From positions 1 to 57,433 of the forward strand of contig JAZSPY010000089.1 of assembly GCA_045537705.1 (NCBI GenBank): a DNA stretch of 57,433 bases. The letters are read 5' to 3'. A program made the translations under genes and the position numbers. This document shows, piece after piece, positions 8,852 to 19,005 of the stretch. The notes beneath the pieces were generated by a model that was not told the origin of the DNA, ran no database searches, and worked only from the letters and a program-made list of their open reading frames with translations. Within the stretch, counting starts at the first letter, position 1. Every line of letters starts with the position of its first letter. Origin of the DNA: Clostridia bacterium. GTDB lineage: Bacteria > Bacillota > Clostridia > Christensenellales > QALW01.

Positions 8852-9685
8852 ATGCATACAGTTAACTGCGAATTCGGTCAGATGCGCCTTGCCCACAGGG
8901 TAGATTCTGAAAAAACAACGAACCTTTTTTCTTTTAACAGCATCGGTTGGTTTAAATGTAACGACAAATACCGTACGTACCGCCCGCAAGGGATAAATTT
9001 GCACCTTTTAATCGTTACTATCGGCGGAATGGGTGTTTTAGAGATTGACAACGCACGTTATAACCTGCCTGCAGGCACAGTTGCTTTTATTCCAAAAAAC
9101 GTAAAAAATTGTTACTACACCCCTAAAAACGGCAAGTGGGAGTTTTACTGGATTCACACCGAAGGTCTTACCGATCTTTTTCTTGATGAAGTTCAAAAAA
9201 ACGGAATCTTTGTAAACAAGTTTTCAGCCCACCACAATTACACCGCTTTAATGGAAGACTTATTGGTGCTTGCCGAAACTCACACACCTAACAGTCAGTT
9301 GAAAATATCACATAAATTAAGCACAATTTTTCACCACGCCGCCAGCGACCTTTTAGAAAACAACGAAGCGGTTTCTTTGGCACAAAGGGCTATAACTTAT
9401 ATTGAGCAAAATTTTGATAGAAACATTTCCCTTGATGATATTTCTTCATCCCTTTATATTTCCACAACCCATTTAATAAGAATATTTAAAACGGAAGTGG
9501 GATGCACGCCTCACAAATATCTTATCAATTACCGCTTATTAACGGGGGCGCACTTTTTAAAATTCAGCCCATTAAGAGTGGATGAAATTGCGTTAAAGGT
9601 TGGTTTTTCTTCATCTTCCCAGTTTATAAGCTGTTTTAAATCTTTTTATGGCATTACGCCTAAACAATACAGAGACGAAAAATAA
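8852..9685 (+). CDS. AraC family transcriptional regulator
   Basis: AraC ligand-binding N-terminus (WEFYWIH) and GFSSSSQFISCFKSFYGITPKQYR; divergent from the corrinoid operon. Confidence 0.92.
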   Translation: MHTVNCEFGQMRLAHRVDSEKTTNLFSFNSIGWFKCNDKYRTYRPQGINLHLLIVTIGGMGVLEIDNARYNLPAGTVAFIPKNVKNCYYTPKNGKWEFYWIHTEGLTDLFLDEVQKNGIFVNKFSAHHNYTALMEDLLVLAETHTPNSQLKISHKLSTIFHHAASDLLENNEAVSLAQRAITYIEQNFDRNISLDDISSSLYISTTHLIRIFKTEVGCTPHKYLINYRLLTGAHFLKFSPLRVDEIALKVGFSSSSQFISCFKSFYGITPKQYRDEK

Positions 9686-9718
9686 AAAAAGCAGAACTCA
9701 AAACGAGTTCTGCTTTTT
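9686..9718. terminator. Bidirectional intrinsic terminator
   Basis: AAAAAGCAGAACTC-AAAAC-GAGTTCTGCTTTTT. Confidence 0.8.
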
Positions 9719-9720
9719 AT

Positions 9721-11976
9721 TTATTTCTTCTTAGGTTCTCTGATTTTTGAAAGTTTTTTATTAAGGGCTAAAAGTTCTTCCTTAGTAAAATTCATATCCA
9801 TCATTCCGCCCATAAGGGTGAACAATCTTAATACGGTAAAGCCGCCCATCATAGCCATCATTTCAGGTCCAACTTCAAAACCGGCCGCCTTTATTTTTCC
9901 GCCCTTGCCTTTCTTGTTGCCCATAACCTTTTTCATAAGGCCCATAAAGATAAGCTTTCCACGCAAGGTTGAAATAACTGCACTCATTTTTGAATTAAGG
10001 GAAAGGAATCCGGGTTTTTCTTCAATATCAAACCAGTTTAATACTGCGCCCTGTTCCTTTAAGCGATAATCTTCGTTAAAGGTTTCAACCTTTTTGATTA
10101 CGCTCTCATCTTTACATTCACCTGCAACTGCAAGAAGTTTTGTTTCGCCTTTATTTTCAACTTCAAAATAGAAGAAGTGGTCTTCTTTAGTTTTTTTGCC
10201 TAATGACACGCCGTTTGCAAAAAGTTCAACTTCAGGCAAGTTAGAATAAATAGTAACCTTTGTTACTTCTTCTACCCTATCAACATAACGTTTTGAGCAG
10301 ATGTGCACAAAAGGATCATCGGAAAGCCATGCTTTGTAAGCATAGAAAGCATCCTTTTTATATTTGCGATCAATAGTAACAAGGCCTTTATGGTTTTGTC
10401 CGTTTTCACCGCCTTCGCATCTTGCATCAGCGCCAAAATCAAACATGTTCCAAACGTGTGTTGCCCAAAGATATTTACGGGTAAAAAGCTGTTTAATAAG
10501 TTCTTCGTGATAATATGCCTGATATTCTTCAGTATAATCGCCCTGCATTGGTGTTGAAGTATGCCAGTTCAATGCTTCGCAACCATATTCTGAGCAACCG
10601 ATAGGAATGTTTGGATGGGTTTGGTGGAACTTATCAAACCAAGGACCGTTCATACTTGTTTCGCCACCATACCAGCCAAAGTAGTGGTTGTATGAAACAA
10701 CATCGGGAATCTGTAAATACGGATCATCCATTTTGCACATTGAAACTGCTGCAATAGTTGTTAAACGAGTGGGATCCATTTGGTGACACATATCGTTTAA
10801 AATATGATGATTTTCTAATAAATCATTATCGCTTCCGCCAATACCGATTTCATTTGAAAGACCCCAAACAACGATTGATGGATGGTTGTAATTTTGTGTA
10901 ACAAGTTCGGTCATTTGTTGTATGGTGTTTTCTCTACCATCAGGCATATGTTTTGAAATATAGGGGATTTCTGCCCAGATAACAAAACCGTATTCATCGC
11001 AAAGATCATAGAAATACTGATCGTGCTGATAGTGTGCAAGGCGGATAGTTGTTGCGCCTACTTCATAAATAAGTTCAATATCTTCCTTGTGATCTTCTTT
11101 TGAAAGCGCGTTACCCTTTTGCCAGCGATCCTGGTGGCGTGAAACACCCCTTAATGGATATTCTTCGCCGTTTAAGATAAAGCCGTTTTCAGAATCAATC
11201 TTAAAGGTACGGCAACCAAAGCGAGTACAAACGTTATCAATAACGGTTTCGCCTTCCAGCAATTCTGCTTCACAGCAATAAAGATATGGATTTTTTCTGC
11301 CGTGCCAAAGAATAACGTCAGGAATAGTTAATTCTGCTTTTGTTTCTTCTGTTTCAACTGTTGCAATAACCTTTTCTTCTTTATCATAAACAGTGTAACG
11401 GATAATCTGTCCGTCTTTTTTGTTTGTGATAAAGGTTTCAACTTTAATTAAAGCATCTTTATCCTTAATTTCAGGTGTAACCATAATGCCGGGGCCACCA
11501 AAGTAATCAAGATCAAAGTGACTATCGTTTACTGAAATAATATTTACGTCACGATAAAGTCCGCCGTAAAAAGTGAAGTCAGCCATCTGTGGATAAACCC
11601 TGTCGTTTGCTGAGTTATCTACCTTAATAACTAAAAGGTTTTCATCCTTTAAAGCGTCTGTAATATTTACACGCCAGGTAGAATATCCACCATCGTGATG
11701 CTTTAATTCCTGTCCGTTTAAAATAACGTCAGCCGAGGAGTTTGCACCGCGGATTTCAAGATACTGCTGATCAGCCTCAGGCAAATCGCTTTTATTAAAT
11801 TTCTTTACATAATAACAAGTACCGCGATAATAGTCGTTTCCGCCATCCTGACCGTCAATAGCATTCCAGCAATGTGGAAGATCTACTTTTTCGTAGCTAT
11901 CTAAAATTTCATTTGGTACTTCCTGAGCATCCTTTGTAAAAGCCCATTTTTCATTAAAGTTTAAAATATTTCGCAT
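9721..11976 (-). CDS. Glycoside hydrolase family 2 (beta-galactosidase/beta-glucuronidase-like)
   Basis: RGVSRHQD, IRLAHYQ, NHPSIVVWGLSNE (acid/base), SEYG (nucleophile), WNMFDF, NHKGLVT. Confidence 0.92.
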   Translation of the reverse strand: MRNILNFNEKWAFTKDAQEVPNEILDSYEKVDLPHCWNAIDGQDGGNDYYRGTCYYVKKFNKSDLPEADQQYLEIRGANSSADVILNGQELKHHDGGYSTWRVNITDALKDENLLVIKVDNSANDRVYPQMADFTFYGGLYRDVNIISVNDSHFDLDYFGGPGIMVTPEIKDKDALIKVETFITNKKDGQIIRYTVYDKEEKVIATVETEETKAELTIPDVILWHGRKNPYLYCCEAELLEGETVIDNVCTRFGCRTFKIDSENGFILNGEEYPLRGVSRHQDRWQKGNALSKEDHKEDIELIYEVGATTIRLAHYQHDQYFYDLCDEYGFVIWAEIPYISKHMPDGRENTIQQMTELVTQNYNHPSIVVWGLSNEIGIGGSDNDLLENHHILNDMCHQMDPTRLTTIAAVSMCKMDDPYLQIPDVVSYNHYFGWYGGETSMNGPWFDKFHQTHPNIPIGCSEYGCEALNWHTSTPMQGDYTEEYQAYYHEELIKQLFTRKYLWATHVWNMFDFGADARCEGGENGQNHKGLVTIDRKYKKDAFYAYKAWLSDDPFVHICSKRYVDRVEEVTKVTIYSNLPEVELFANGVSLGKKTKEDHFFYFEVENKGETKLLAVAGECKDESVIKKVETFNEDYRLKEQGAVLNWFDIEEKPGFLSLNSKMSAVISTLRGKLIFMGLMKKVMGNKKGKGGKIKAAGFEVGPEMMAMMGGFTVLRLFTLMGGMMDMNFTKEELLALNKKLSKIREPKKK

Positions 11977-12046
11977 TAAAAAAATACCTCCGTATCACTA
12001 TTTTAAAATATCACCCCGAAAAATTTCAGGGTGATATTGTTTTACA

Positions 12047-13633
12047 TTATTCAGCCTTTTGCGCGCGGCGAAGAGCAAGTTCTGTATTCATCTGGGTAAG
12101 TGTCTTTTTATCAAGATTATATACTACACCAAGACCAATAAACTGTACGATTGCACTGAACAGGTAAAGCCCTGCAACAAGCCAGCACATATTATGTGCC
12201 GTCTGTGCACTCTGACCAATTGTGCCATATTTGGAAACATAACCTAATGCACCCATTATAACAAGCACAATGGAAGGTCCAACGCCCTGTGCAAGCTTAC
12301 GGAAGAAAGAGTGAATAGAATATACTGTACCTTCTTCACGAGTGCCGAATTTCCATTCGTTGTAATCAATAGCATCACCCATCATTGCCCATGAAACACA
12401 AGTGTAAACGCCCATGCCTACACCAAAGATGGCAAGACCTATTAAATAAACCACAAGGGCTACGGTTGTGCTTTTCAAAAGCGGGAATATAAGCATTATT
12501 ACAGCGCCGATTAACGAGCCGATTGTTCCAACTACTGAAGCTTCCTTTTTGCCGTATTTATTAACTATCTTTGTAATAAAAGGCATGAAGATAAACATAG
12601 GAAGGAAACCTATCATTTGCACAACACCGGAAAGTTGAGCCATATTAAAATAGGTTGCAAACATAATTGTGTTTGCTGTTGTTGCTGCGTTCATACCAAG
12701 GAACATACCCATTGCTGCCAAGGTTGCACCAACTGCGGCACGGTTCTTCACAAACTTGCCAAAGGCATTTAAAATATTGAACTTTCCGCCGCCTTCGTTG
12801 GTTTTAACTGTGTTTTCATCAACGCGGATAGTAATGGTTTTAAGCATAAACATAAAAGCAATGAAACCGATAACACCCATTATAAGAGCAGTAAAGAACA
12901 CCCTGTTACCAAGAAGAACCTCTAACTGCTTGCCTGTTAAGGGGCTAAGTACCGGATCATCCATTTGATAGGCCTGGCCTGTTATGGGGTTTGCATGGAA
13001 TTTATCGGGGCTGAACATTTCCTGCGCATCCTGAGGAATTTCAATTTTATCAAGAAAGCTGGTTGTTCCATCATAAGTTACTTTTTGCCAGATAAGCATA
13101 GGAAGAAGAATGCTTGGCAAAATGTTACCTATCATTGAACCAATTGAACGCCAGGTTGAAAGCTGTGCGCGTTCACCTGCATCTTCTGTAACAAGTGATA
13201 ACATTGATCCGTAAGGCACGTTAGCAACAGTATAAAAGGCATCCCAGACAATATATCCAAGAACAAAAAGAACTGCCTTTACAAATACAGGAGCATTTGG
13301 GAATGGTAAAAACACTGCTGCGCCGCCAACTAACAGGCCGCATGCACCAATGAAAATGTAGGTTTTGAATTTACCTCTTTTATACTTTCTCTTATCGTTG
13401 TCTATCAATGAACCAATAAGCGGATCATTAACAGCATCCCATATCTGTACCAACAACAGAAGGATTGAAAGCAATCCCGTTTCCATCATCATAAAAACAA
13501 GCCAAAATGTTTGTACGGTACTTTTTAATGAGAAGCTCATATTGCAACCAAGGTCACCTGCTGCATAGGCAAGTTTATCGCGTATACCAAACTTGCGCTT
13601 GCCGTTTGCGTCTAATTTAACTTCTTTAGCCAT
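12047..13633 (-). CDS. Glycoside-pentoside-hexuronide (GPH/MelB-like) MFS symporter
   Basis: AYAAGDLG, WDAVNDPLIG, NVPYGSM and GTREEGTVYSIHSFFRKLAQG; AAAGGA RBS before the ATG at 13633. Confidence 0.9.
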   Translation of the reverse strand: MAKEVKLDANGKRKFGIRDKLAYAAGDLGCNMSFSLKSTVQTFWLVFMMMETGLLSILLLLVQIWDAVNDPLIGSLIDNDKRKYKRGKFKTYIFIGACGLLVGGAAVFLPFPNAPVFVKAVLFVLGYIVWDAFYTVANVPYGSMLSLVTEDAGERAQLSTWRSIGSMIGNILPSILLPMLIWQKVTYDGTTSFLDKIEIPQDAQEMFSPDKFHANPITGQAYQMDDPVLSPLTGKQLEVLLGNRVFFTALIMGVIGFIAFMFMLKTITIRVDENTVKTNEGGGKFNILNAFGKFVKNRAAVGATLAAMGMFLGMNAATTANTIMFATYFNMAQLSGVVQMIGFLPMFIFMPFITKIVNKYGKKEASVVGTIGSLIGAVIMLIFPLLKSTTVALVVYLIGLAIFGVGMGVYTCVSWAMMGDAIDYNEWKFGTREEGTVYSIHSFFRKLAQGVGPSIVLVIMGALGYVSKYGTIGQSAQTAHNMCWLVAGLYLFSAIVQFIGLGVVYNLDKKTLTQMNTELALRRAQKAE

Positions 13634-13823
13634 AAAAAACACGTTCCTTTCAAAATTAACTTTCTGTTCATTATTATATAATTTTAAATACCGTATTTGT
13701 TAGCATAAAATTAAGATTTTTTTGTATATTCTTAATATTTTAATAATATCAGGTATTGTATTTGTGAATTTTTTATTGTATAATTATTAAAGTAAAATAT
13801 GGTAAAAGGGGTAGTTTGGAATA

Positions 13824-15038
13824 ATGTTAAATCAACTTTATTATTTGCAGGAAATGCTTAATAAATGTCATTTACAGAATATTATTATTAACCCAAACGA
13901 CATCGTAGACCACCGCATTGATAAGGGTTTAAGAAAACTTTTAGGCGTAGACGATAAAAAACTTACTTTTTCTGATTATTATGATAATATAGAAGAAAAA
14001 ACCGTATATCGCGTTGTTGACGTTTTTTTATGCAGGTATATATTTTTTATGCTTCCCGTATCTCAAGATAAAAAAATTTTTCTTGTTGGGCCTTACTTAG
14101 ATAGGGATATAACAAGGCAAAACGTTTTTGAACAATGTGAAAAAATGCATCTTTCCCCTAAGTTATGGGAAAAAATTCAGGCGTTTTACAGTACTATTCC
14201 CATTATCAAGGAAGAAAACTATATTTTTGCAATGATACACACTTTCTGCGAATTTATCTGGCCCGATGGTTTTGAAAGTTGCGATATTTTAAGGGATATT
14301 GACGCCGCGTTTATAAAAGACGGATTTTCCCCTAAAATTGATGTTGATACCACACCTTTAAGTATTTCCCAGATGGAAGCGCGTTATGAATTTGAACAAA
14401 ATCTTTTATCTGCAATTTCCCAGGGTAATACCCACAAAGCAGAAACTATGCTTCACAGTTTTTCATCCCTTTCTTTTGAAAGCAGGATTCCCGATGAACT
14501 GAGAAATATGAAAAATTACTGCATCGTTATGAATACTCTTTTCAGAAAAGCGGCGCAGGAAGGTGGCGTTCACCCCATACATATTGATAAGATTTCATCT
14601 GATATTGCAAAAAGAATTGAAGGCATTACTTCCGTTTCGGCAATGCCTGATTTTATGCTTGAAATTTTGCGCACCTATTGCCGCTTAGTAAGAAGGCATT
14701 GTGTTAAAAACTTTTCGCCTTTAATACAAAAGGCAATAATTAAAATTGAAAGCGATCTTGCAGGGGATCTTTCTTTAACAACGCTTTCAAAGGAAGCCAA
14801 CGTAAGCCCCAACTATTTTTCGGCATTATTTAAAAAAGAAACCGGATTACCCCTTACGCAATACGTTAATAATAAACGTATAGAATACGCAAAACACTTG
14901 TTAAAATCAACTTCATTACAAATACAAACTATTGCACAGCACACAGGGGTTTTAGATTTACATTATTTTTGCAGGCTTTTTAAATCTGTTGCAGGCGTTT
15001 CGCCCTCAGACTACCGCAAAAATCTTAAATTAAACTGA
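13824..15038 (+). CDS. AraC family transcriptional regulator with a large N-terminal sensor domain
   Basis: C-terminal SPNYFSALFKKETG...YFCRLFKSVAGVSPSDYR. Confidence 0.9.
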   Translation: MLNQLYYLQEMLNKCHLQNIIINPNDIVDHRIDKGLRKLLGVDDKKLTFSDYYDNIEEKTVYRVVDVFLCRYIFFMLPVSQDKKIFLVGPYLDRDITRQNVFEQCEKMHLSPKLWEKIQAFYSTIPIIKEENYIFAMIHTFCEFIWPDGFESCDILRDIDAAFIKDGFSPKIDVDTTPLSISQMEARYEFEQNLLSAISQGNTHKAETMLHSFSSLSFESRIPDELRNMKNYCIVMNTLFRKAAQEGGVHPIHIDKISSDIAKRIEGITSVSAMPDFMLEILRTYCRLVRRHCVKNFSPLIQKAIIKIESDLAGDLSLTTLSKEANVSPNYFSALFKKETGLPLTQYVNNKRIEYAKHLLKSTSLQIQTIAQHTGVLDLHYFCRLFKSVAGVSPSDYRKNLKLN

Positions 15039-15072
15039 TACTGAATGTAAATACTATTTTATAGGTGATTTT

Positions 15073-16473
15073 ATGAAAAATTTTATGGATAAGAACTTTT
15101 TACTTAATACTGAAACAGCACAAAAACTCTATTTTAATTTTGCTGAAAATCAACCCATTATTGACTATCACTGCCACGTAAGCCCTAAAGAAATTTTTGA
15201 AGATAAAAAGTTTGAAAACTTATTTGAAGTATGGCTTTTCGGGGATCATTATAAATGGCGTATAATGCGTTCAAACGGTGTTTCTGAAGAATATATTACA
15301 GGCTCCGCTTCACCAAGGGATAAGTTTCAAAAATTTGCTGAAGCGTTGCCTAAAGCCATTGGCAATCCTATGTATCACTGGTGCCATCTTGAACTTAAAA
15401 AATACTTTGGCTATAACGGTGTTTTAAATGGCGAAACCGCACAAGAAGTTTGGGATAAAGCAAATGAAAAATTAAAGGATTCTTATTTATCTGTTCGGGG
15501 CATTATAAAATCAAGCAACGTTGAATTTATTGGCACCACCGATGATCCTGTTGATTCTTTAGAGTGGCATAAAAAGTTATTAAAAGATGATTCCTTTAAT
15601 TGTACCGTTGCGCCAACCTTCCGCCCTGATAAAGCTTTAAACCTTGATAAAGCAGGCTGGCTTGATTATATTTTGCAATTAGAAAAAGCGGCAAACGTAA
15701 AGATAAAAGATATGGCTTCACTTAAGGAAGCCTTAAGATTAAGAATGGATCACTTCGCCTCAGTTAACTGTAAAGCAAGCGACCACGGTCTTGATTATTT
15801 TATGTTTAATCTTCTTCCTTTAAACGAAACTGATAAAATTTTAAAAGACGCATTAAAAGGAAAAGACGTTGGCTTAAAGAATATTGAAGCAGTTAAAACC
15901 GAACTTTTATTATTCTGCGCAAAAGAATATGCAAAACGCGGTTGGATTTTGCAATTACACTATAACTGCTTAAGAAACCCCAACAGCAAGATGTTTGATT
16001 TAATCGGCGCTGATACAGGCTTTGACTGCATCGGCCCTAACCCATCAAGCGCTTCACTTCCTAAGTTCCTTGATACCCTTTATAAAGAAGACAGCTTACC
16101 TAAAACTATTATTTACAGTTTAGACGCAAGTGATAATGCGTTTATTGATACTATTATCGGTGCTTTCCAGGGTACAGAAATTGAAGGTAAAATTCAGCAC
16201 GGCAGCGCCTGGTGGTTTAACGATAACAAACAAGGTATGCTTGATCAATTAACAAGCCTTGCAAACTTAAGCCTTTTAGGTAATTTTGTTGGTATGCTTA
16301 CCGATTCGCGCAGTTTTCTTTCATACACCCGTCACGAATATTTCCGCCGAATTTTATGTTCTTTAATCGGCGCTTGGGTTGAAAACGGCGAGTATCCTGA
16401 TGATGAAAATGCACTTAAGGATATTATTGAAGGCATAACGTATAAAAACGCAAAAAAATATTTTAATCTCTAA
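15073..16473 (+). CDS. uxaC: Uronate isomerase
   Basis: PIIDYHCH, GDHYKWRIMR, TTDDPVDSL, GSAWWFND, GMLTDSRSFLSYTRHEYFRR. Confidence 0.96.
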   Translation: MKNFMDKNFLLNTETAQKLYFNFAENQPIIDYHCHVSPKEIFEDKKFENLFEVWLFGDHYKWRIMRSNGVSEEYITGSASPRDKFQKFAEALPKAIGNPMYHWCHLELKKYFGYNGVLNGETAQEVWDKANEKLKDSYLSVRGIIKSSNVEFIGTTDDPVDSLEWHKKLLKDDSFNCTVAPTFRPDKALNLDKAGWLDYILQLEKAANVKIKDMASLKEALRLRMDHFASVNCKASDHGLDYFMFNLLPLNETDKILKDALKGKDVGLKNIEAVKTELLLFCAKEYAKRGWILQLHYNCLRNPNSKMFDLIGADTGFDCIGPNPSSASLPKFLDTLYKEDSLPKTIIYSLDASDNAFIDTIIGAFQGTEIEGKIQHGSAWWFNDNKQGMLDQLTSLANLSLLGNFVGMLTDSRSFLSYTRHEYFRRILCSLIGAWVENGEYPDDENALKDIIEGITYKNAKKYFNL

Positions 16474-16489
16474 GGGGGTTTTTAGAAAA

Positions 16490-17569
16490 ATGAAAATGAC
16501 TTTTCGTTGGTATGGCGAAGGCAACGACAATATAAAGCTTTCGGATATCAAACAAATTCCCGGTGTTGAAGGCATTGTGTGGGCACTTCACCACAAGATG
16601 CCGGGCGAAATCTGGGAAAAAGATGAAATTGCACAAGTAAAAAAACAGTGCGATGAATACGGTTTTAATATTGACGTTGTTGAATCGGTAAACGTTCACG
16701 ATGATATTAAAATCGGGTTGCCCACAAGGGATAAATATATTGAAAATTATAAAACTACCATCAGAAACTTATCAGAGTTCGGCGTTAAAGTTATCTGCTA
16801 CAACTTTATGCCTATCTTTGACTGGACAAGGAGTGACCTTTTCCACCCTGTTGGCGATGGCTCAACTGCACTTTTCTATCAAAAGAATATGATTCAGGAT
16901 GATTACAATGCTATGGCAAAGTACATTCTTGATTTTACTGAAAAATACAATATGTCCTTTCCAGGCTGGGAACCTGAAAGAATGGCTAAGTTAGACGAAC
17001 TTTTTAAAGCGTACGAAGGCATTGACCACGAAAAACTGTGGGCAAATTTAAAATACTTTCTTGAAGCCATTATGCCTACCTGTCAGGAATGTGATATTAA
17101 AATGGCAATCCATATGGATGATCCGCCCTGGGATATTTTCGGGTTGCCAAGATTACTGGTTGATGAAAAAAGCATTGACCGTTTCTTAAAAATGGTTGAT
17201 GATGAATATAACTGCCTTACCCTTTGTTCAGGCTCACTTAACGCAAATCCCGATAACAACGTGGCTGAGATTGTAAGAAAGCACTGTGATCGCATTGCTT
17301 TTGCGCATATCCGCAACGTAAAACACTTTGAAAACGGTGATTTTTCTGAAGCAAGCCACCGCGACTGTGATGGCGATACAGGCATTTTAGAAATCTTAAA
17401 AGCCTATCACGATTGCGGTTTTTCAGGTTACATCCGCCCTGATCACGGAAGGCATCTTTGGGATGAAATTCCAGGAAAAGTTCGCCCTGGCTATGGGCTT
17501 TACGACCGCGCTTTAGGTATTATGTATATGCTTGGCGTTTGGGATAGTTTAGAAAAGTTTGATAAATAA
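16490..17569 (+). CDS. uxuA: Mannonate dehydratase
   Basis: MKMTFRWYG, CYNFMPIFDWTRS, HMDDPPW, RPDHGR, PGYGLYDRALG. Confidence 0.96.
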   Translation: MKMTFRWYGEGNDNIKLSDIKQIPGVEGIVWALHHKMPGEIWEKDEIAQVKKQCDEYGFNIDVVESVNVHDDIKIGLPTRDKYIENYKTTIRNLSEFGVKVICYNFMPIFDWTRSDLFHPVGDGSTALFYQKNMIQDDYNAMAKYILDFTEKYNMSFPGWEPERMAKLDELFKAYEGIDHEKLWANLKYFLEAIMPTCQECDIKMAIHMDDPPWDIFGLPRLLVDEKSIDRFLKMVDDEYNCLTLCSGSLNANPDNNVAEIVRKHCDRIAFAHIRNVKHFENGDFSEASHRDCDGDTGILEILKAYHDCGFSGYIRPDHGRHLWDEIPGKVRPGYGLYDRALGIMYMLGVWDSLEKFDK

Positions 17570-17584
17570 TTTAGGAGGCAAACA

Positions 17585-18430
17585 ATGAGTAATCTTCCAC
17601 TTAACATTGATTTTAGTAATAAAACAGTTGTTGTAACCGGCGCAGGCGGGCTTATCTGCGGTGCAATGGCAAAGGCTTTTGCTGTTTCCGGCGCACGTGT
17701 TGCAGCTTTAGATCTTAATGAAGACGCTGTTAAAAGTTTAGCAGATGAATTAACAAAAGAAGGTTATATTTGCTTTGGCTATAAAGCAAACGTTTTAGAT
17801 AAAGATGCTTTAGAAGAAGTTCACAAGCAAGTAAAAAAAGATCTTGGTGAATGTGATATTTTAATTAACGGCGCAGGTGGAAACAACCCCCGCGCTACCA
17901 CCGATAACGAATATCAGCATGAAGCTACGGAAAACAAAAAATCATTTTTTGATTTAGAGCAAGACGGTGTTGATTTTGTGTTTAAACTGAATTTTCAGGG
18001 CACACTTTTGCCAACACAGGTTTTTGCAAAAGATATGGTGAAAAAGAACAAGGGCTGCATTTTAAATATTTCTTCAATGAATGCTTTTACTCCCCTTACA
18101 AAGATTCCTGCATATTCTGCAGCAAAAGCAGGTATTTCTAACTTTACCCAATGGCTTGCAACACACTTTGCAGGCACAGGAATCCGTTGCAATGTTATTG
18201 TCTTTGGTTTCTTGGTTTCAGCGCAAAACAGAAGTTTACTGTTTAATGAAGATGGTACGCCAACTGCTCGTAGCGCAAAAATTTTAAGGAACACACCAAT
18301 GGACCGCTACGTTAACGCTGATGAACTGTTAGGCGCAACGCTTTTTCTTTGCGATGAAAAAAGTGCATCTGCAATTACAGGCGTTGTACTTCCAATTGAC
18401 TGTGGATTCAGCGCATATTCAGGAGTTTAA
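17585..18430 (+). CDS. uxuB: D-mannonate oxidoreductase (SDR family)
   Basis: TGAGGLIC, INGAGGN, PLTKIPAYSAAKAG; operon context. Confidence 0.85.
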   Translation: MSNLPLNIDFSNKTVVVTGAGGLICGAMAKAFAVSGARVAALDLNEDAVKSLADELTKEGYICFGYKANVLDKDALEEVHKQVKKDLGECDILINGAGGNNPRATTDNEYQHEATENKKSFFDLEQDGVDFVFKLNFQGTLLPTQVFAKDMVKKNKGCILNISSMNAFTPLTKIPAYSAAKAGISNFTQWLATHFAGTGIRCNVIVFGFLVSAQNRSLLFNEDGTPTARSAKILRNTPMDRYVNADELLGATLFLCDEKSASAITGVVLPIDCGFSAYSGV

Positions 18431-18448
18431 TTAAAGGAGATAAAATTT

Positions 18449-19003
18449 ATGGAAAAATTTATACCTGTTGTTGTTATTAAAGAACTTAGTGAAGTTGATA
18501 AGATTCTTCCTGCACTAAAAAATTCCGGCATTAACTGTGCAGAAATCACTTTCCGTACCGCTTGCGCTAAAGAAGCAATTGAATACGCTTCAAAAAAATA
18601 TCCCGATATGTTGGTGGGCGCAGGTACGGTTATTAACCTTAAACAATGCGAAGATGCTTTAAACGCAGGGGCAAAATTTATTGTTTCCCCCGGGCTCTCC
18701 GTTGCAGTTGCAAAACATTGTAAGGAAAAAGATATTCCCTACTACCCGGGTTGCGTTACACCAACTGAAATTATGCAGGCTTTGGAACTTGGTATTACTA
18801 CCATTAAATTCTTCCCTGCAAACGTTTATGGCGGATTAAAGGCTATGAAAGCCCTTGCAGGCCCATTCCCACAGATTAAATTTATCCCAACAGGCGGTAT
18901 TGACAGAAGCAATATTGATGAATATTTAGCTTTTGATAAGATCGTTGCAATTGGCGGAAGTTTCTTTATTCAGGAAGCATTAGATAAAATGGAGGAAAAA
19001 TAA
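18449..19003 (+). CDS. eda: KDPG/KHG aldolase
   Basis: EITFRT, GAGTV, FIVSPG, PGCVTPTE, KFFPA, PTGG. Confidence 0.93.
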   Translation: MEKFIPVVVIKELSEVDKILPALKNSGINCAEITFRTACAKEAIEYASKKYPDMLVGAGTVINLKQCEDALNAGAKFIVSPGLSVAVAKHCKEKDIPYYPGCVTPTEIMQALELGITTIKFFPANVYGGLKAMKALAGPFPQIKFIPTGGIDRSNIDEYLAFDKIVAIGGSFFIQEALDKMEEK

Positions 19004-19005
19004 TT

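Noticed and set aside
12007-12038. Hairpin AATATCACCC...GGGTGATATT sharing 8 nt with the ladder 9-mer
   Set aside because: A single intercistronic stem without the repeated foot-hairpin layout; most simply an mRNA stability or attenuation hairpin.
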